Source: Chrysomallon squamiferum (lineage: Eukaryota; Animalia; Mollusca). Taken from it: DNA of 64,000 nt. The notes beneath the pieces were generated by a model that did not search any database, was not told the origin of the DNA, and saw only the letters and a program-made list of their open reading frames with translations. This document shows positions 57,018-64,000 of the stretch, piece by piece. A program made the translations under genes and the position numbers. Every line of letters starts with the position of its first letter. The stretch's first letter is position 1. The DNA is taken from NCBI GenBank assembly GCA_012295275.1, contig CM022667.1:124001-188000 (forward strand), given 5' to 3'.

Positions 57018-58563
57018 GTAAATAAGTAAATTTAAAAATAAATAAATAAATAAATAAGTAAGTAAGTAAATAAATAAATAAATAAATAAAATAAAATTCA
57101 ATTAAATTCAAAATAAATAAAAATAATAATAAATAAATAAGTATTTAAATCAATAATTCTATAAATAAATAAAGTAAATAAGTAAAAAGTAAATAAATAA
57201 ATAAATAATTAAATTAAATTAAATTAAATTAATTAAAATGAAATATATAAAATTAAAATAAGATGAGAGATAAATAAATAAATAAATAAATAAATATATA
57301 AATAAATAAAATAAAATAAATGCATGTTTAATGTTTTAATCATAAAAGATATCTTTGCCATTTGCATTTTTACCTTTAGTACTTGAAACAATGGCTTAAC
57401 CATAGCAACAACCTTTGACATTTGCATGTTTCCTGTTATATTTTAGGATAATGGCTTAACTATCTTTCACATTTGTTTTTAGTGCTTAAAACAGTGATGA
57501 CCCTTGATATTTGCATATTAACCCTTACTAAATAAAACAATACTTTAACCACCTTTGACATTTGTATCTTTACTTTTATAGTTTAAATCAATTCCTTACC
57601 CAATATGCTGACCTCTGACATTTGCATATTTACTATTTAATACTTAAGACATTGGATTAAACATATCAACAGCCTCTGACATCTGCATATATAACTATTA
57701 CATCATAACACAGCGTAACCATAACAACAACCTTCTGACAATTGCATGTCATCTGTTATATTTTTTAAGACAGTGATTTACCCCTAACGACGACCTCTGA
57801 CATTTTTGCTTACCTTCACCGCCTTTCAGTGTCATCTTATATGGTTCTGACTTGCACTTCTCATAAGGGACACCTGTGTAAAAGACAGTTTTAGCAGTGA
57901 GACGACCACTGACATGTCTTGTGTCCTCGCTGGTGTTGGTGATCTTCATCTGAATGTCAAAGTCCTGACCGACGTAGATGTCGTCACTGAACAACAGATG
58001 AAACTTCACATCCTGAAAGAGAAGTAATAACGATGATGATGATGATGATGACGATGATAACTATAATGATAATAATTAGAATTGCAATATAATGATGATA
58101 ATAATGATGATTTTAGACATGATGATGATGATGATAATAACAATATTGATAATAACAGCATATAGTAATAATGATGCTGATGATAATAATAGTAATATAA
58201 TAATGATGATACTGGTAACAGCTGGTAACAACAACAACAACAACAACAACAACAATAATAATAATAATAATAATAATAATTAGCATCATCATCATCATAA
58301 TAACAATATTATATGAATTGTTGTAAAAGCTGAAACTGAAACTGTTTACTTACTTTTTGCCCGTGTTGGTATATGTCCTTTGGAGCGGAAGAGCCAAGCT
58401 GATTGGCTTTCAGGACAGCCACACGTTCTCCATCAGAACCTGACCAATCAGAAAGAGTTTAACAAATGTGTTTAGAAAACTGGTGTTAAAGTAGCTATAA
58501 AGTAAAACAAATAATTCTCTTCCTTTCTCTCTCTCTCAACACACACACACACACACCTTTCTC

Positions 58564-58628
<65 letters not shown>

Positions 58629-59521
58629 TCACACAAAGTCACATACCAACATTCTCTCTTTATCAAAGACTATATGCACCTACCAAAATTTTATTTTCCT
58701 TCATAATTCAACACACTTTGTATTTTAAGTTTTGCTTCAAAAACACAAACAATAATTTCCGCAACCCCATTTTTCTGAAATTGTAGAACCACCCATGATT
58801 ACCTTCAGCAAACTTGTATCTGTGTGTGATATCTTCTCTATCACAACTACCCACAGTCTTGGTACTGATGTTTTTGCCAACTCTAGAGAAAAAAAAACAA
58901 CAACCCAAAAACCTTTAAATTCTGAATTAAAAAAAGATGTGCTTAACTTTACTGTCAAGCTTTAAGAATATTCTAAATGCATTACATATTATGATTAAAA
59001 TAAGAAATATTAAACTTTTTGAAAGAACATCCTAAACATAAGTTATTGCTTTGTGTTATTTTGTTACCAATCTTTGATAACAATAAAGTATGGTATTGAA
59101 ATAATTATATTAAACATGGCATTCAAGGTTATTTTATTTTTAATATATAATTTATACACAGATTAAGTATTCAATGACTTTTCAATAAGTTATACTATCT
59201 TTTATAGTTTTATTAACATTTATATATATATATTATTTATTTATAAAAATTATGAAAAACCAGAAAAAGCTGTACTATTAGTTTATAATAATTTTCTTTA
59301 ACTTACGCTTTTTTGTCCACATAAACCATTTTCATTTTGCCGTAATGATCAGTCGTCCAGTAAATACGATCTGCATTCACCTCCGCAAACACAAATGGAG
59401 AATCAAATGGAAGATTTACCTCCCCTTGTTTAATGGCCTCCACAGAAACCGGTCCACAGCAATAAACACCTTGAAAAAAAAAAAAAATAATAATAATAAT
59501 AATAAATCAATATTATATCCA

Positions 59522-59578
<57 letters not shown>

Positions 59579-61048
59579 ATATTATTTTGGACCACAGATA
59601 ATTCATAATCATCATATCTACCATCACTGGTTTCTTGTGGGGTTGCATCAACTGCCTGCCAGCCACCAAATCCTGTAGGAAGATCTGGTCTAGCCATGAA
59701 GACTTCATTCCATACGTGGAAATTCCTGAACAAGAACAAAAAGGGATTCTATATCTATAAATATATATATATATATATTAAACTCTGGATGAAAATAACA
59801 GAACATTGGAAAATTGGAAGGATTATAAGAATGATGATGAAAAATATTAAAGAGCAGACTGATGGATAATGATGAAGATGGTGCTGATGATGGAAAATGA
59901 TGCAGAAATATATTTGTTGGAATTATAATCCAATCTGAATCTAAATATTACCTTTAACAAAAAATTAATCAACCTTTAACAAAATCGAATTAAACTTTTA
60001 CTGAATTGAATATAATTTCTAACTCAATGAATTAGGTTTTTACTGAATTGAATTAAATTTACCAAACTGAATCAAATTTCTTACTAAATGAATCATATTT
60101 TCACTGAAATGAATCAAATTTCTCACTGAACTGAATCAAACTCTTACCAAAATCAATTAAATTTCACAACAGATTGAATGATATTTCTCGTGAAATTGAA
60201 TTAATTTTGAATCAGACTCTTACCAAATTGAATCAAAATTTCTTGAATCATCTGCTTCTCCATCAGGATTAATATGGTAGTCAATGGTGATACTGCCATC
60301 TGTATCGTGAGCAGACGCAAAGTTTGTGACGCTTCTTGCTGGGATTCCAAGGGCTCTGCATACTAGAAGGTCACAGAAAAAGAAGGCAATTTAAAGTTAA
60401 AAGACTTCTCATATTATTTTAATTTTGAAATAAATTTCTTTCTTTTCTGTTATCTGTTAATATTTAAAAAAGTCAACAGGATGGAAAAGGTGAGTCCTAG
60501 CCAAAGTTCTTTTTTTTTTCTTAAAACTTAGAAAAAACAAATCTGCAAATTTTAGGCACTAATTTTACACTTTATATAACATTATTATATAAATATATAC
60601 ATAAATGCTGAACTAAACAAATTAAATTATAGTAATGGTCATTATAAAATCTTCTTTGTATTATTTCAAACTGCACAGTTGTTTTTTTATGCACTGATCA
60701 TCAATCAAAAATTAGAATTGTCATAAAATGAAAGTAAAATTAATACAAAAACATTTTTTGGTAAACTTCTGAGATTTCTACTAAGTGGTGATAACTCTGT
60801 AATAGACTAAGCACTGACCAGTTGTGACCACTCCAGAAAACACCCAACACTGTCCAAACTTGACTGGCATTGAGGTCTTATAATACTCTTCCAAGATGGC
60901 CACACTTCCTGTCCAGGACAGAGGCGATTTGCCAGATTCGTAATTTCCTGACCAGTTACCAACAAGAACACCTCCATCATCTGGAGCATTTACCTGTTTT
61001 AAACAATAAATAACACTTGATGAAATACAGGCAGACATATCACTTAAA

Positions 61049-61104
<56 letters not shown>

Positions 61105-61624
61105 TAACAGTAATAAACAATACTACTACTAATAACATTAACAATAACAATAAAACAGCAACAGTACAAAAATCACAATTAATTCTTGATTCAAACAGAT
61201 ATATTTGATTTTCACATTAAGAAACAACTATACTGAAAGTAAGACATGGAAGATTACTTCATCAAACATTTATCTTTTTTCTTTTGTCTTCATTTTTATT
61301 TTATTTTTATTTTTTTTCATTTTTCAATAAGTTTTCTTTTATATTCACTTTTCAACAAACAGAACAGTGACATAACTTTGACCTAAACTACTCATTTGTA
61401 ACCCTCAATCCAAGACGCATTGCTTGATAACAAAAATTAAAAATGTTTAATTCTAGAGGCTGGTGAGTATTACTTAACTAACAAGCTTCTGTTCCTGAAT
61501 TAGTTCTGTAATGTAATTGCACACAGGGTATGTGAATACACAGAGGTGAATGACCAGAGTAAGGATAAAATATTTAATTTAATGATGGATACAACACATC
61601 TTTATTATAGAATAATATGACATC

Positions 61625-61672
<48 letters not shown>

Positions 61673-63036
61673 ATGTATATTATGTGTATGTATATATATA
61701 ATTAACAGCCTATAGATAAAAACAAAGATAGAGAGAAGAAACCCCTTTTCTGTCACATTACTCATTTACTGGCAGCTGTTTTTTTTTTGTTGTTGTTGTT
61801 GTTTTAGGTTGATTTTTTTTGTATATATGCACATTCCTCATAGATAGGATGAACTGTTTACCACAGCTTCTGTGGAGCAGTGGTCAGATTGGGAAATTAG
61901 AATACACTGAGTAAATTTGTCATCATCAGTGCTGTCTAAGCAATAAACTACAGCATACACTTCAGATGAATGACAAAATGTTGTTTTTTTTTTTAAAAGG
62001 GGGCAAAAATTATGAAAAAAATAATAATAATAAAATAAAATAAATAAAAAACATTTCATGATTCTCACCATTGCTGATATTTTCCTGGTTACTGGTATAG
62101 GATTTCCTCTAGCAGTCCAGTTGAGACCAGATTCATCCAAAATCTTCATGGCACAGTCCAGTACAAGTCCTTGAAACTAGTCAAAGAAACAATGAGTAAG
62201 ATTTAGAAAATATTCTTTTTTTGTTGTTGTTGTTTTTTTTGACAGTTTAAAATTCATTGAAACTGGATAAGATGTAATAAGTAAGGTTTAGATAATACTG
62301 TTTTATATTTCAATGAGCTGTCCCATACATGTACTTGACACTATTCAATGAAATGAGGTAAGGTTTAGATAATAGTATTTGTTTTTGTAATCTTTACTGT
62401 ATAGTTCAATACATATCTTTGAAACAAATTGATAGAACTATACTAGTGTTAAAGTTTAAATAAGAAATTTTTTTGATTTCTTTGACTTATACAAGTCCTT
62501 GACACAAGTCAGTAAAATTATTAAGTAAAGTTTAGATAACAAAATGCTAATTTTAGTATAGTGTATGTTACTGAAACTAGTAAAAGAAACAATAAGTAAC
62601 ATTTAGATAATAGTTTTTTTTAGACTTAATCATCTTTTTGCATCAATGCAATGAAATGATTACTTTTGTTTTTCAAAATATATATAATGAAGTTAGAATT
62701 CTATGATTTCAAATTCCTCTCTATATATATATATATATATATATAGCTTAGATAAAATGCAATTATTACTAAATTCACCTGTCCAAAATTCCATGGTTTT
62801 GGAGTTATCTTTCTTGAAGATCCTGAATAAATCCTTCCAGTCTCATTAAGGACATACTCTTCAAGTTCTCTTGTTTCTGGCATGTAGACCATGTCATCTT
62901 AAAAATATTTAAAATATTTATATAAAGTATGATGATGATAATGATGGTCATGGTGATGATGATGGTGATGATGATAATAATAATAGTAGTAGTAGTAATA
63001 ATACTAATAATGATGGTGACAATGATGATTATTCAA

Positions 63037-63075
<39 letters not shown>

Positions 63076-63264
63076 TTTGTATATATATATATGGGTTTTT
63101 ATGAGAATATATAATTCCTTGGTCTTAAATAATGAAAAAATACCATCTACATTCTTTCAAGTCTGAATTTAAAAATACATTAAAATACCCAAAAGATAGT
63201 TTGTTTAGGATTTTTATAATTACGGTTTTGTATGTATGTATGTGCTTATGCAGGACTATATGTT

Positions 63265-63301
<37 letters not shown>

Positions 63302-63593
63302 AAATATATACATGTATGTATGTACATATATCTACCTTTACTCCAAGGATTAAACAGAATATAAATTGGATCCTTATGGTTGTATCTGTAGATGGAAAGT
63401 TTGTTGTTATGCTTTTTGACCACATCGATCTTGAACTTCCATTTTCCAATAAAGCACTGGGGTGGTGTTGCTATGGTTACATGGAGGTTATTCTCCTCCT
63501 GCTTCAGGATCCATGCCCCCCAGTCCTTTGGTTCATCTTTTTCAGACAAAACAAACTCTATGTGTGTCCTCTTGCTGGGCATGGGGTTATCTC
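53007..63593 (-). CDS. Protein-glutamine gamma-glutamyltransferase (transglutaminase), 5'-partial, 13 exons in the window
   Basis: Exons (minus) 63593-63336, 62897-62779, 62176-62069, 60993-60819, 60362-60224, 59725-59622, 59469-59307, 58882-58803, 58439-58354, 58012-57814, 56933-56773, 55038-54902, 53151-53007. All GT-AG and in phase. Motifs: ILFNPW, PWNFGQF, catalytic triad GQCWVF / NFHVWNE / [19 protein letters not shown], and two C-terminal barrels ending IEVAPK*. Confidence 0.96.
53160..53832. repeat. Degenerate (AAAT)n tract
   Basis: Direct reading. Confidence 0.9.
54259..54927 (-). repeat. 74-bp x 9 tandem repeat containing a transglutaminase exon end and donor
   Basis: ggttgtaaag anchors at 54287, 54361, 54435, 54509, 54583, 54657, 54731, 54805 and 54879; the last unit includes the true junction at 54902/54901. 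Confidence 0.95.
56400..56760. repeat. Compound pentanucleotide satellite (ATACT/ATACC/ATGCC/CTACT)
   Basis: Direct reading; includes a higher-order unit of about 25 bp repeated three times. Confidence 0.85.
57345..57815 (-). repeat. Degenerate ~60-bp repeat (about 9 copies) abutting a transglutaminase donor
   Basis: t(c/t)tgacatttgc-like cores near 57354, 57414, 57465, 57503, 57554, 57614, 57675, 57734 and 57796; the last runs into the donor at 57813. Confidence 0.75.
59930..60245 (-). repeat. Degenerate ~22-bp repeat of a transglutaminase exon end plus donor
   Basis: Variants of cttaccaaattgaatcaaa (minus strand tttgattcaatttg|gtaag) reiterated across the intron start. Confidence 0.75.
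62160..62625 (-). repeat. About 80-bp x 6 degenerate repeat of a transglutaminase acceptor plus exon start
   Basis: ttgaaact...gtaaggtttagataat units near 62171 (true junction), 62257, 62335, 62419, 62499 and 62571. Confidence 0.82.
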
Positions 63594-64000
63594 CTGAATG
63601 AGAATCAGTTAGTAGATTATTAAGCAGATTAATTATTTTTATATCTATCATTATCTATCTCAGTCTTCTGTTTTATCTCTCTCTGTCTCTCTCTAACTTT
63701 CTCTTTGTGTCACACTCTCTAACTCTCTTTCTGTTTCTCACTGTCTCTCTGTCTCTCTAACTCTTTCTTTCTGTTTCTCTGTCTCTCTCTTTCTTTCATT
63801 CTCTAAGTCTCTCTCTTTATTTCTTTCATTCTCTCTCTCTGTGTCTCTCTCTTCTTTTCTTTTTTTATGTTTGTAAGTTTGTAAGGGAGATAAATGAGGA
63901 ACCAAAACTAAATGTAAGGGAGATAAATCATAAAGAAGTATATGTATAAACTATAATACTAATAGAGATAACTAAAATTATTTATTTATTTATTTTTTTT

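Overview
AT-rich, microsatellite-rich, intron-containing animal genomic DNA, most likely a mollusc or other lophotrochozoan (inferred from gene content). Most ORFs in the supplied track are simple-repeat artefacts. Manual splicing at GT-AG junctions gives five protein-coding loci: (1) the first two exons of a HAUS4/augmin-subunit-like gene on the minus strand, running off the left edge; (2) a complete 18-exon SUMO E1 subunit UBA2/SAE2 (+, 1122-11342, 739 aa), head-to-head with HAUS4, with an unusual tail carrying five SIM-like motifs; (3) a complete 16-exon DGAT1 (-, 32465-17308, 550 aa); (4) a two-coding-exon conodipine-like (group IX) secreted phospholipase A2 (+, 44296-45016, 155 aa), with an upstream tandem duplicate that breaks off at a transposon remnant; (5) the last 13 exons of a transglutaminase (-, 63593-53007). 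Several MITEs and SINE-like fragments are present. The most striking unexplained structure recurs in at least seven introns of three unrelated genes: tandem repeat arrays whose unit is a copy of the neighbouring splice junction (splice site, usually with the exon edge). These form runs of decoy donors/acceptors, and in places potential micro-exons.
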